From Nemertoderma westbladi (taxonomy: Eukaryota; Animalia; Xenacoelomorpha), in NCBI GenBank assembly GCA_032718475.1, contig JAUCBJ010009128.1, positions 1 to 61,204 on the forward strand: a stretch of 61,204 nucleotides of DNA. The letters run 5' to 3'. The notes beneath the pieces were generated by a model that made no database searches, had not been told where the DNA came from, and saw only the letters and a program-made list of their open reading frames with translations. Position numbers and translations under genes: made by a program. This document shows, in pieces, positions 40,327 to 53,024 of the stretch; the stretch's first letter is position 1; the number at the start of each line of letters is the position of its first letter.

Positions 40327-43274
40327 ATGGCGGCAAAGAGCACCAGGCAATCTGATAACCGAATATATGGAAACCCATGTAAGCTGCCTGAGAATCAACT
40401 GCCAACACTTGGAGATATATTGCGATTCTGCCAACTTGTGAAACGAGGCCACAAGGTCAACAGTGGATGTAAACAGGAACTGGGACTGCGGAAAATGGCT
40501 GAGATTGTAGCTACAGATTTACTTAGAGTCTATGAAAGAGCTACAATTCAAGTGATTTCATTTGAAGGAGTGGTAAAGAAGATATTGCATGAATGGCATG
40601 AGTTGCGGGTAAAGATTGAGACACTGTAGCACCTGCTCGTCCAGCTAAGCCATTCTACATAGCAGGATTTGCGGAATTCAAGGTTAATTTCCATAAACTT
40701 TTTGACATCATATCATACTGTACAAGGACCTATGTGTTGAAGAAGTAGACTTTGTGGGCGATCAGCGAAGTGAACAGTTAACTTTGAAAGTCCTCAGCAA
40801 GTCTCTGATCGGATGAGCATAAGCTCAAAGGACGGTATGCTTGAGCATGTGGACGACTTCTGTTACCTGGGATCATGGATCCGGTCGTCAGGTGAGGACC
40901 TTCGAATACGTAAGGGAAAGGCATGGGCAGCCTTGAATAGGCTTTCCAGGATTTGGAAATCACCGAGAATTAATCGGAAACTTAAGGTCCGATTATTTAG
41001 AGCAGCAGTAGTTCCAGTACTCCTCTACGGGAGTCCATGCTGGGCTCTAACTGCTGAGGACACCAAATCTCTGGATGGCACATTCACAAGAATGCTACGC
41101 CAGGTACATTGTGTCAAGTACAATGCACACATCTCCAACCAGACACTATATAACATTGGAGGTGTCTCATTAGTTCCCCCAAGCTTGACACTAGAACAAA
41201 ATCGCCTCCGCTTTGCAGGACATTGCTTTCGCCATGAGGACCAGCCAGTGCATAATCTTGTACTTTGGCAGCCTCATGGAGTGAATAAGCATGGTGGACA
41301 GCCCATGACTTTCTTGAGACGCATCTTAAAGGACACTGGCCTTGAAGATGCGGATGATCTAGCAAATGTCATGGGTGATAGGGAGTTGTGGCGGTGCAAT
41401 TTTGTTGACAAGCCGGCACAGCATTCTTAAAAATGCAGCTGCAATGCAGCATGCCGATCCTAGTAGTAGTAGTAGCGAAGTGAAAGAATAATGTATATTG
41501 GAGGGATAGATGGAATTGCAGCCATTAAAGCCAGGAAGAAGGAAAGGAGAGAATCTGACAAACAACAACAGATGACTAAGGAGAAAGAGCGTATTCAAAA
41601 GGAAGCTGGCATTGATCTTGACATGGAACCTGAAGATATTGGCCAACTGCCAGTCGAAATATCAAATTCACCTTGCAGTGATATTTATGTGCCAGAAACA
41701 TCATCCAGTGTGGTAGGATCTGTTCAAAATGGTATGAAACTGCCTACTGTATCACGTGAAGCAGACAGATATGGGGTGTCTGATAGAGTTGCTGCTGCTA
41801 TTGCTACTGCTACATTGCTGGATACTATGCCAGGATTTAATACCAAACAAGTGTTTGACCACCACAAAATTCGTCGAAGTCGTAAAAGACTGAGTATGGA
41901 TGTCATAATGGAAAACAATTGTCATTCAATATCGGGACTCTACTTCGACGGCAAAAAGGACCAAACATTGGAAAGGGATAGTAAAACGGGCCATGTGCAC
42001 GCTGTTATCCAGGACCATTTTGTGATTGTTCAAGAACCCGAAGGCAAAAAATACATTGGCCATGTCAGTCCAACATCTGGTTGTTTTAAAGACATTCTGA
42101 ATTCGATTCTTCTAAAGCTTGAAGACAAAGATATTGCATTGAATGATCTTAAGTTAGTTGGCTGCGATGGTACTAACGTCAATGTTGGCCATCTGGCTGG
42201 TATAATTCGACAACTAAAAGAGGTAGTCAAGTAGCCACTTCAGTGGTCAATTTGTCTGCTTCACCTGAATGAGTTGCCATTGCGTCACATATTCATCAAG
42301 CTGGATGGTGAAACATGAGGTCCTACAGCCTACAAAGGGGTTATTGGCAAACGTATCAACTCATTGCCTGCACTAACAACCCTTGAGAATATTGATTTTG
42401 TCCCAATTCACTCTCAGAATTTCAAACTCTTGGATGAAGATGCTATTGTTACTCTCAGCACTGATCAAAAGTATTTATATATGATCACGCAGGCAATCAT
42501 TGAAGGCAAATGCCCAGATCGTGTTGCAAATCTCGATCCAGGACGATTATCACATTCCCGATGGCTGACCACAGCTAACCGAGTCTGTCGCCTCTATGTC
42601 AGTACTCTTCAGCCAAGTAATGAACACAAGCTGCTTACATCATACATTATTAGTGCCTATTCACCGCTTTAGTTTCAAATAAAGCAGAAAAGCTGTCTCC
42701 AAGATGCTTCAAACAACTTCTTATCGCTTGTTTCCTGTACAAGACCCTTGGAGACGACATAAAGGCCATCATTGATCCTGTTATCAAACGTAATGCATAT
42801 GCTGCACATCCTGAGAATATACTATTTGCCATTATTAATGATAAGCATAGAATGATCCATGAGCTGGGTGTACGCCGCATTTTGAAAGCGCGCAGTAATT
42901 ATACCAAATATAGCATTACCCAACCGGAGTTAGTGAGGGAATTTCACACTCCATCCAACATAAACATTAATGCAACTGATTACTATGAACTGATCATTTG
43001 ATTTGACTCTTAATTGATGGTCACACCCCCTCCTGTTCTAAGAGATGTGCCGGATGTGGACTTGCATTCATTCCTTGACTGCACAAGTGGTTTGATCTTT
43101 CGCTATCCTTGCCATGCCCAAGGGGTTGAGAGGTTGATCCGAGTGGTTTCAACAGTGTCAATGAAAGTTATTGGTTCTACTGCACGTGACAATCTGATTC
43201 ATTCAAGGATGGCACGACGAGAACAGCGATCCAAATTCAACACGAAGAAGGACTTTAATTTGTGGTCTTATTGA
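40327..43274 (+). pseudogene. hAT-superfamily (hATm-like) DDE transposase pseudogene interrupted by a LINE
   Basis: Motifs in order: LPTLGDILRF, DQR-SERIMYIGGID, ADRYGVSDRVAAAIA, LYFDGKKD, GCDGTNVN, ICLLHLNELPLRH, SHSRWLTTANR, NAYAAHPEN, PCHAQGVER. Multiple stops and frameshifts. TIRs not identified. Confidence 0.85.
40775..41473 (+). mobile_element. 5'-truncated RTE-like retrotransposon, copy 3, nested in the transposase
   Basis: VDDFCYLGSWI...RIRKGKAWAALNRL... RT C-terminus and (TAG)n tail. Perfect 11-bp TSD AGCGAAGTGAA at 40764-40774 and 41474-41484. Confidence 0.93.
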
Positions 43275-43794
43275 CTTTGGTATTTTGACAGAGTTGGCTG
43301 TTGCTATTACATGGTAGTACACGTCCCGGCCAACCGACCGATCGTACGTCCGCCAAGACTTCCCAATCTACAGTTACATGGCTCGCACAATAATGAACGC
43401 AGCAACATCTAACGGCGGACGTCGGTTGCGTCATTTTATAAATTTGCTATTCCCCGAATTATCAAGTGATGGCGCTCTACAAACACCGTATAGTTAGTAA
43501 ATCATTAATAATTAGTTTTATGGAAATTAAGCGATTACGGTGTGGTTAACTGGTTAGTATGGTGGCTCAGAAGGCCAAACTTAAAAATTATTTTATTTTA
43601 AAATTACAAAAAAAAACTACGAAACAAAATATTCATGTAATTCTTGTTTTTGTCATTTCTTTGCAATGGAAAAAAGGTTGACTTTTTAATTTAATAAATA
43701 TATAATATATATTTAATAATAATTTAATTTCATTGATTAATGGAACAATTGGATTTAGTTAAATTAACTGTAAGCCCCCAGAAAGTGCAATAAT

Positions 43795-44330
43795 ACTCCT
43801 AGATGTCGAGTGACCCCTGGAGGCCTTGAACTGAACTGGATACCAACGCAATATCGTCAGCAATAAGTAAAACTAAAAGTTTCATAGTCCCACACCTAGA
43901 CCAGTAGAATTGCCCTTAGATAATTCTAATTCCAAGTCGTTGATGAACAACGCAAATAATAAGGGAGACATGCACTCACCCTGTCTGACCCCAATAAGGC
44001 AATCGAAGATCTCAGACACTTCACCTCTTCCAACAAACACGAGATTTCGCTTCATCATACATACTTTTAATGATATCATACAACTTGCCAGATAATCCAA
44101 GGTTACCTAATTTAATCCATAGAGCGCTGCGGTCAATTTTATCAAAAGCCTTTTGCAGGTCAATGAACCCGCAATAAATCTTGGCACCCGTAGAAGAGCC
44201 TATATACTGTTCAATAAGTGCATGCAGCACCAAAAGATGATCCGTGGTCCTGTAGCCGGCCCAAAACTCAGCTTGGGACTCAGATTTTATAGTTTGTTTA
44301 GATAGACTAGATTTTGTTTGAATTGTGTTG
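43795..44330 (-). mobile_element. Frameshifted non-LTR reverse transcriptase fragment (RTE-X-like)
   Basis: GYRTTDHLLVL, FIDLQKAFDKIDRSALW, GVRQGECMSPLLFALFINDL and a degenerate xADDIAL catalytic motif near 43850. Confidence 0.85.
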
Positions 44331-45011
44331 AGCCGATTTTGTCCCACCGCCCCTTTTGGCGCTGCACATTTTTAATTGTTTTGTTCAGATGTTTCGCATT
44401 AAAAATAAATAATTTTGGGCTCCTACAAATATTCAGCTCAACAGTTAATAAACAATGACCTGGGCACGTGTTCCTGGGTCCTACAGAGAACTGCGAAACT
44501 GTTTTTAGAATTTTACTTTGAGCTAAAAAATAATCAATAACAGATTGCCCTGGTACACCGGAAGTCCTATAGAAAGTAAACTCACCAATATTTTTGTTAA
44601 TATTGATAGCAATGTGTTACATTGAAACTAATAGACCTCACGGTTAATTTATCAACAAATAATATTGGTAGACTAATTTTTAAAATGTTATCCCAAGAAG
44701 AATATATATGTTTATTGAAAAACAATTAAAATAAATATAGATGTTATGAAAATCACTAAATAATAAATAAAGTAATAAAATGTAAATTGTCGATTCTTTG
44801 AATTCAAGCAAACATGGTAGGCAAACAAAACATACCGGTAGGCAAACATACCGGTAGGCAAATACAGTATACTGGTAGGCTACTCTACATAAATTACAGT
44901 TGGTATTTTTCCTAAGTTAATTTAAACTAGTGTTTTTTTTAGCGCAAGTTCTGTGTCAATTGTAATAATATCAGTCAATCCCTACGCATGTGTAGGTATG
45001 TATACCAACGT

Positions 45012-48000
45012 CTATACGCTGACCAATAGGAAGGCGATTATTCCGCAACCAATAAGGACGTTGGCTGGGAGAAACTTGGCCGAACCCGAAACCGGTGGGA
45101 AGTTGTACTTGTTGCAGTAATCGGCGCGGTCACAACAGCTGATGGTGCAATCCATATCCGCATCTTTCCAAATTCCCATATCTTCGAACGTCTTGAGATT
45201 GGTTTCGATGGACGCAGTGAACTCGGCTGGGCACTTCTCAGCAGCTACGAACTGTGGACACGGGCCGGGCATATATCTGGTGCACATTCCCAACACCATC
45301 TCCATCTTCATTTTGATGTTCATTGCTCCCGGTAACTTCCCGTCAATCCAGGCGTTCGCAGTCTGAAAGATTAATAACTTTGCTTAATAATAATTACTTT
45401 TATTCACCAAAATGTCCTTCTTTACTGATTTATAACCAACTTTTCAGGAATAAATATTTGCTCATATTTTCCGACAAATGCTGTACATGGATGGAAGGAA
45501 AATTTAGGTTCAAGTAAATTTTTATGGATAATGAAAAACGCAACAGCTGATATGTTTTCCAATAAATAGCGGACTTTCAAGAACCGTGTTCTCATATTGC
45601 TGTACACCTGCTGCTGCTACCGGTACGTATCATCATCAATCAGCACCGGAATTCGTTGAATTTCTGTTATATCGACCTATGTAGCCTACTGGTTCTATCA
45701 TACATACCATTTAGCGACTATTATCAAGGACTTCTAGAACTTAGTATTACAGGCTCCAGCCTATATGACCCCGAAGGAATTTTATTTATGACTAAGCTAC
45801 CGTACATAGATGTTTAGTATAGATATTGGACATCAAATAAATTTGGGTAGACTTCACTAAATGGTTGCGCTCGTTTTTTAGGGGGTCTTAAACATAGCAA
45901 AACGGAGAAAATTGCCCATCATAGCAACTGCAAGCAAGCAAGTAGTGCATGTTGTTCCTTAGACTTGTTGATATATTGGTGGTAGACTCTTATCCAATGA
46001 CGCTAGGACTACTGCAAATGCATTATGTCCGTTTAAATCCCGTTGCTAAGGACATAAATACGAACGATAATGCTACAGTAACTTTTAAGGTCGTTTTCAC
46101 GTGGTTGCTTTGGTATTTTCAAAAAACTAAATATGCCATTAAATTCTTCATATCCAAAATAGTAATCTTTCATAAATTTTAACGCGTAATATATACTATA
46201 AGAGCTGTTGTTATGGTAATTTTCTCCGTTGCTATGTTTAAGACAACCTAAAAAACGAGCGCAACCATTTGGTGAAGTCTACCAAAATTGTTTTTAATGT
46301 CCCATATCTGTACTAAACATCTATGTAGGGTAGCTCAATCATATATAAAATTCCTACGGGGTCATAGGCTGGAACCTGTAATACTATGTCCTAGAAGTCT
46401 TTGCTATTATATTAGATTAATAATACTTTTACTTAAATATATTGAGAAATAATTGAGATACTGTACTAGCGTTTTGAATTTCCGTGTTTTTTTCCCTCGA
46501 ACAAATAAATGGTTTAACCATCAATTAATCAAATACAGTAGATGAGTATGTAGGTACAAGAGGTGGTCAATGTTGACGGTACTCGCAACAATTTCTATCA
46601 AATAAACTAACTTCGTTCTTAAATTACATTTTGATCCGCGACTTCCTTGTTTCTAACAAAATTTAATAAGTATTGTGATGTTATTTTTGCTGCTACTGTA
46701 TATATGATGAAAAGTTTGACAATTTTTATATAGTGAATTTAATTACAAAAATAGTTAATATTGCAACATACATGGCAGGCACTGCATCCCTCTTCGTACA
46801 TGATGGGTGGCAAAATTGATGCGATTATTTCGTTCATGATATCAACGAATATTCCGTTCCCTTTGTCCTCTTCTCTAAAGAGGTGCATCCTCACTGATGT
46901 GCCACTGAAACAGGTCATCGGCCCTCCTGTCGAGTTGCTTACTCCTGTCGAGTTGCTTACTCCTGTCGAGTTGCTTACTCCTGTCGAGTTGCTTACTCCT
47001 GTCGAGTTGCTTACTCCTGTCGAGTTGCTTACTCCTGTCGAGTTGCTTCCATAAGCGTCAGTCCCCTCACTTATTACCACAGGGTCTCCTGCAGCTGCAT
47101 CCTCTGCCACAGCTACGTCTGTAAAACATTATACAATCATAGTCCACACAGGAAAAAATCAAATAGTGTAAAGCTTATTGGGCAGAATATTCTGGCCCAA
47201 TTGTTCAATAAATCACCCTTCCTCTTCTGACCGTGTAACAAAAAACAATGAAAAGGCCATGCAACCTAACGAACTTTAGAGACCTGGGTGTTAGGCCATA
47301 CAACTTACCGAACTTTAGTTACCTGGGTGTTAGGTCATGCAACCCAACGAACATTAAATACCTGAGTGTTAGGCAATGAAACCTAACGAACATTAGAGAC
47401 CTGGGTGTTACGCCATACAACCCAACGAACATTAAATACCTGGGTGTTAGGCCAAGCAACCTAACGAACTTCTTTAGATACCTGGGTATTATGCCATCCA
47501 ACCTAACAAATTTTAGATACCTGGGTGTTAGGCATACAACCCAACGAACATTAAATACCTGGGTGTTCGGCCATGCAACCTAACAAACTTTAGAGACCTG
47601 GGTGTTAGGCCATACAACCCAACGAACATTAAATACCTGGGTGTTAGGCCATAACCTAACGAACTTTAGATACCTGGGTGTTAAGCCATACAAACAAAGG
47701 AACTTTAGATACCTTGGTGTTATGCCATGCAACCTAACGAATTTTAGATACCTGGCTGTTAGGCATACAACCCAACGAACATTAAATACCTGGGTGTTAG
47801 GCCATGCAACCTAACGAACTTTAGATACCTGGTTGTTAGGCCATACAATCTAACTAACTTTAGATACCTGGGTGTTAGGCCATACAATCCAACGGACATT
47901 AAATACCTGGGTGTTAGGCCATGCAATCTATCGAACTTTAGATACCTGGGTGTTAGGCTATACAACCTACCGAACTATAGATACCTGGGTGTTAGGCCAT

Positions 48001-51000
48001 GTAACCTAACGAACTTTAGATACCTGGGTGTTACGCCATACAACCTACCGAACTTTAGATACCTGGGTGTAAGGCCATCTAACCTAACGAACTTTAGATA
48101 CCTGGGTGTTAGGCCATACAACCTACCAAACTTTAGATACCTGGGTGTTAGGCCATACTACCTACCGAACTTTAGATACCTGGGTGTTAGCCATACAACC
48201 TACCGAACTTTAGATACCTGGGTGTTAGGCCATGCAACCTAACGAACTTTAGATACCTGGGTTTTAGCTGGTAGGCCATACAACCTACCGAACTTTAGAT
48301 ACCTGGGTGTTAGGCCATGCAACCTAACGAACTTTAGATACCTGGGTGTTACGCCATGCAACCTAACGAACTTTAGAGACCTGGGTGTTAGGCCATACAA
48401 CCTACCGAACTTTAGATACCTGGGTGTTAGAGGCCATACAACCTACCGAACTTTAGATACCTGGGTGTTAGGCCATACAACCTACCGAACATTAGATACC
48501 TGGGTGTTAGTCCGTACAACCCACCGAACTTTAGATACCTGGGTGTTAGGCCATACAACCTACCGAACATTAGATACCTGGGTGTTAGTCCGTACAACCC
48601 ACTGAACTTTAGATACCTGGGTGTTAGGCCATACAACCTACCAAACTTTAGATACCTGGGTGTTAGTCCGTACAACCTACCGAACTTTAGATACCTGGGT
48701 GTTAGAGGCCATACAACCTACCGAACTTTAGATACCTGGGTGTTAGGCCATACAACCTACCGAACTTTAGATACCTAGGTGTTAGGCCATACAACCTTCC
48801 GAACTTTAGATACCTGGGTGTTAGGCCATACAACCTACCGAACTTTAGATACCTGGGTGTTAGTCCTTACAACCTACCGAACTTTAGATACCTGGGTGTT
48901 AGAGGCCATACAACCTACCGAACTTTAGATACCTGGGTGTTAGCCATACAACCTACCGAACTTTAGATACCTGGGTGTTAGGACATGCAACCTACCGAAC
49001 TTTAGATACCTGGGTGTTAGGCCATGCAACCTAACGAACTTTAGATACCTGGGTTTTAGCTGGTAGGCCATACAACCTAACGAACTTTAGATTCCTGGGT
49101 GTTAGGACATGCAACCTAACGAACTTTAGATTCCTGGGTGTTAGGACATGCAACCTAACGAACTTTAGATACCTGGGTGTTAGGCCATACAACCTAACGA
49201 ACTTTAGATACCTGGGTGTTAGGACATACAACCTAACGAACTTTAGAGACCTGGGTGTTAGGCATACAACCCAACGAACATTAAATACCTGGGTGTTAGG
49301 CCATGCAACCTAACGAACTTTGATACCTGGTTGTTAGGCCATACAATCTAACTAACTTTAGATACCTGGGTGTTAGGCCATACAACCCAACGGACATTAA
49401 ATACCTGGGTGTTAGGCCATGCAATCTAACGAACTTTAGATACCTGGGTGTTAGGCTATACAACCTACCGAACTATAGATACCTGGGTGTTAGGCCATAC
49501 AACCTACCGAACTTTAGATACCTGGGTGTTAGGCCATACAACCTACCAAACTTTAGATACCTGGGTGTTAGTCCGTACAACCTACCGAACTTTAGATACC
49601 TGGGTGTTAGGCCATACAACCTACCAAACTTTAGATACCTGGGTGTTAGGCCATACAACCTACCGAACTTTAGATACCTAGGTGTTAGGCCATACAACCT
49701 ACCGAACTTTAGATACCTGGGTGTTAGGCCATACAACCTACCGAACTTTAGATACCTGGGTGTTAGTCCTTACAACCTACCGAACTTTAGATACCTGGGT
49801 GTTAGAGGCCATACAACCTACCGAACTTTAGATACCTGGGTGTTAGGACATGCAACCTACCGAACTTTAGATACATGGGTGTTACAGTAGGCCATACAAC
49901 CTACCGAACTTTAGATACCTGGGTGTTAGGCCATACAACCTACCGAACTTTAGATACCTGGGTGTTAGTCCTTACAACCTACCGAACTTTAGATACCTGG
50001 GTGTTAGAGGCCATACAACCTACCGAACTTTAGATACCTGGGTGTTAGGACATGCAACCTACCGAACTTTAGATACATGGGTGTTACAGTAGGCCATACA
50101 ACCTACCGAACTTTAGATACATGGGTGTTACAGTAGGCCATACAACCTACCGAACTTTAGATACCTGGGTGTTACAGTAGGCCATACAACCTACCGAACT
50201 TTAGATACCTGGGTGTTAGAGGCCATACAACCTACCGAACTTTAGATACCTGGGTGTTAGGACATGCAACCTACCGAACTTTAGATACATGGGTGTTACA
50301 GTAGGCCATACAACCTACCGAACTTTAGATACCTGGATGTTAGGACATACAACCTAACGAACTTTAGAGACCTGGGTGTTAGGCATACAACCCAACGAAC
50401 ATTAAATACCTGGGTGTTAGGCCATGCAACCTAACGAACTTTGATACCTGGTTGTTAGGCCATACAATCTCACTAACTTTAGATACCTGGGTGTTAGGCC
50501 ATACAACCCAACGGACATTAAATACCTGGGTGTTAGGCCATGCAATCTAACGAACTTTAGATACCTGGGTGTTAGGCTATACAACCTACCGAACTATAGA
50601 TACCTGGGTGTTAGGCCATGTAACCTAACGAACTTTAGATACCTGGGTGTTACGCCATACAACCTACCGAACTTTAGATACCTGGGTGTTAGGTCATCTA
50701 ACCTAACGAACTTTAGATACCTGGGTGTTAGGCCATACAACCTACCGAACTTTAGATACCTGGGTGTTAGGCCATACAACCTACCGAACTTTAGATACCT
50801 GGGTGTTAGCCATACAACCCACCGAACTTTAGATACCTGGGTGTTAGGCCATACAACCTACCGAACTTTAGATACCTGGGTGTTAGTCCATGCAATCTAA
50901 CGAACTTTAGATACCTGGGTGTTAGGCCATACAACCCACCGAACTTTAGATACCTGGGTGTTAGGCCATACAACCTACCGAACTTTAGATACCTGGGTGT

Positions 51001-53024
51001 TAGGCCATACAACCTACCGAACTTTAGATACCTGGGTGTTAGTCCGTACAACCTACCGAACTTTAGATACCTGGATGTTAGAGGCCATACAACCTACCGA
51101 ACTTTAGATACCTGGGTGTTAGGCCATACAACCTACCGAACTTTAGATACCTGGGTGTTAGGCCATACAACCTACCGAACTTTAGATACCTGGGTGTTAG
51201 GCCATACAACCTATCGAACTTTCGATACCTGGGTGTTAGGCCATACAACCTACCGAACTTTAGATACCTGGGTGTTACTCCGTACAACCTACCGAACTTT
51301 AGATACCTGGGTGTTAGGACATGCAACCTACCGAACTTTAGATACCTGGGTGTTACGGTAGGCCATACAACCTACCGAACTTTAGATACCTGGGTGTTAG
51401 AGGCCATACAACCTACCGAACTTTAGATACCTGGGTGTTACAGTAGGCCATACAACCTACCGAACTTTAGATACCTGGGTGTTAGGACATACAACCTAAC
51501 GAACTTTAGAGACCTGGGTGTTAGGCATACAACCCAACGAACATTAAATACCTGGGTGTTAGGCCATGCAACCTAACGAACTTTAGATACCTGGTTGTTA
51601 GGCCATACAATCTAACTAACTTTAGATACCTGGGTGTTAGGCCATACAACCCAACGGACATTAAATACCTGGGTGTTAGGCCATGCAATCTAACAAACTT
51701 TAGATACCTGGGTGTTAGGCTATACAACCTACCGAACTATAGATACCTGGGTGTTAGGCCATGTAACCTAACGAACTTTAGATACCTGGGTGTTACGCCA
51801 TACAACCTACCGAACTTTAGATACCTGGGTGTTAGCCATACTACCTACCGAACTTTAGATACCTGGGTGTTAGCCATACAACCTACCGAACTTTAGATAC
51901 CTGGGTGTTAGGCCATACAACCTACCGAACTTTAGATACCTGGGTGTTAGTCCGTACAACCCACCGAACTTTAGATACCTGGGTGTTAGGCCATACAACC
52001 TACCGAACTTTAGATACCTGGGTGTTAGGCCATACAACCTACCGAACTTTAGATACCTGGGTGTTAGTCCGTACAACCTACCGAACTTTAGATACCTGGG
52101 TGTTAGAGGCCATACAACCTACCGAACTTTAGATACCTGGGTGTTAGGCCATACAACCTACCGAACTTTAGATACCTGGGTGTTAGGCCAAACAACCTAC
52201 CGAACTTTAGATACCTGGGTGTTAGGCCATACAACCTACCGAACTTTAGAGACCTGGGTGTTAGGCCATACAACCGAACGAACTTTAGAATATGAATAAC
52301 ATTTAGCTATTGTGGCTGAATTAAAATTTTAATTACTTTTCGTTACGGACTCAGATAATTATGTAGGCCAAATGTAAAATTTTGGAAATTTGGAATATAC
52401 AATTGAATAACTAAATGCTACACTGTCAATATTAACAATTTTATCATTAATAGCTTCTAATAAATTTTGAATTTGCTCTTATTCCGACAATTTCAATGGT
52501 AATAAAATTATGCTAAAAATGACATGGATTAATTTCCTACAAAATTATACATAAGTAAGAAATTTCCACATATTTATGAATGAAAAACCATCTGTTACCA
52601 CCAAAAATTTTAAAAATCCGTAATTTTTTACAAAAATGCCATTCTTTCACTTCTTTTTGATAACATATTATGCTTATTAGATCACTTCAAATCGAGGTCT
52701 CCTCTCTCCAGCCGGCTGTCATAGAACAATAGCAAGTACATGCTGATCAATTCTACGATGGTAGTGGCCAGCAACTCTCATACCTAGTGCCTGCAGGGTG
52801 ATGTGGACTTTGGTAATTCTATGACAATATCGAGATTGTACAATACCTCGTATAAAGCTTGCGCTGACCAAGTGGCATAGAAAATGAGTCCGGTATTATA
52901 ATTTTGTATTTAATTAAGAAATAGCGAAGTGCGGTAATTAGTTTTACGACTATATATATATACCTGTGAGATGAACCAATATCATCAGCGACAGCAAACC
53001 TATAAAACAAGTAAACGACTGCAT
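45012..53024 (-). CDS. Secreted, probably GPI-anchored Ly6/uPAR (three-finger)-like protein, 252 aa. Exons 53024-52964, 47118-46772, 45362-45012
   Basis: GT-AG introns in phases 1 and 0 join a 759-nt open frame. Signal peptide MQSFTCFIGLLSLMILVHLTDVAVA, ten Cys ending in the diagnostic CCDRADYCN, and a hydrophobic C-terminus (SGSAKFLPANVLIGCGIIAFLLVSV). AATAAA on the minus strand at 44711-44716. Confidence 0.85.
45725..46403. mobile_element. MITE with ~205-bp TIRs (P-element-like termini) in intron 2 of the Ly6-like gene
   Basis: Arms 45725-45930 and 46203-46403 are reverse complements starting CAA(G/A)GACTTCTAG. 7-bp TSD CTATTAT at 45718-45724 and 46404-46410. Confidence 0.85.
46924..47048 (-). 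repeat. Coding 18-bp tandem repeat x7 (SNSTGV)
   Basis: Perfect CTCCTGTCGAGTTGCTTA units inside exon 2. Confidence 0.97.
47256..52289. repeat. 39-bp minisatellite (~129 copies), unit GGCCATACAACCTACCGAACTTTAGATACCTGGGTGTTA, in intron 1 of the Ly6-like gene
   Basis: Tandem units with substitutions and small indels. They account for the 13-aa-periodic ORFs in the track. Confidence 0.99.

Noticed and set aside
47256-52289. ORFs encoding (LYGLTPRYLKFGR)n or (LGHTTYRTLDTWV)n repeat proteins
   Set aside because: By-products of a 39-bp unit. Frequent 1-5-bp indels break the frame, and the array is intronic.
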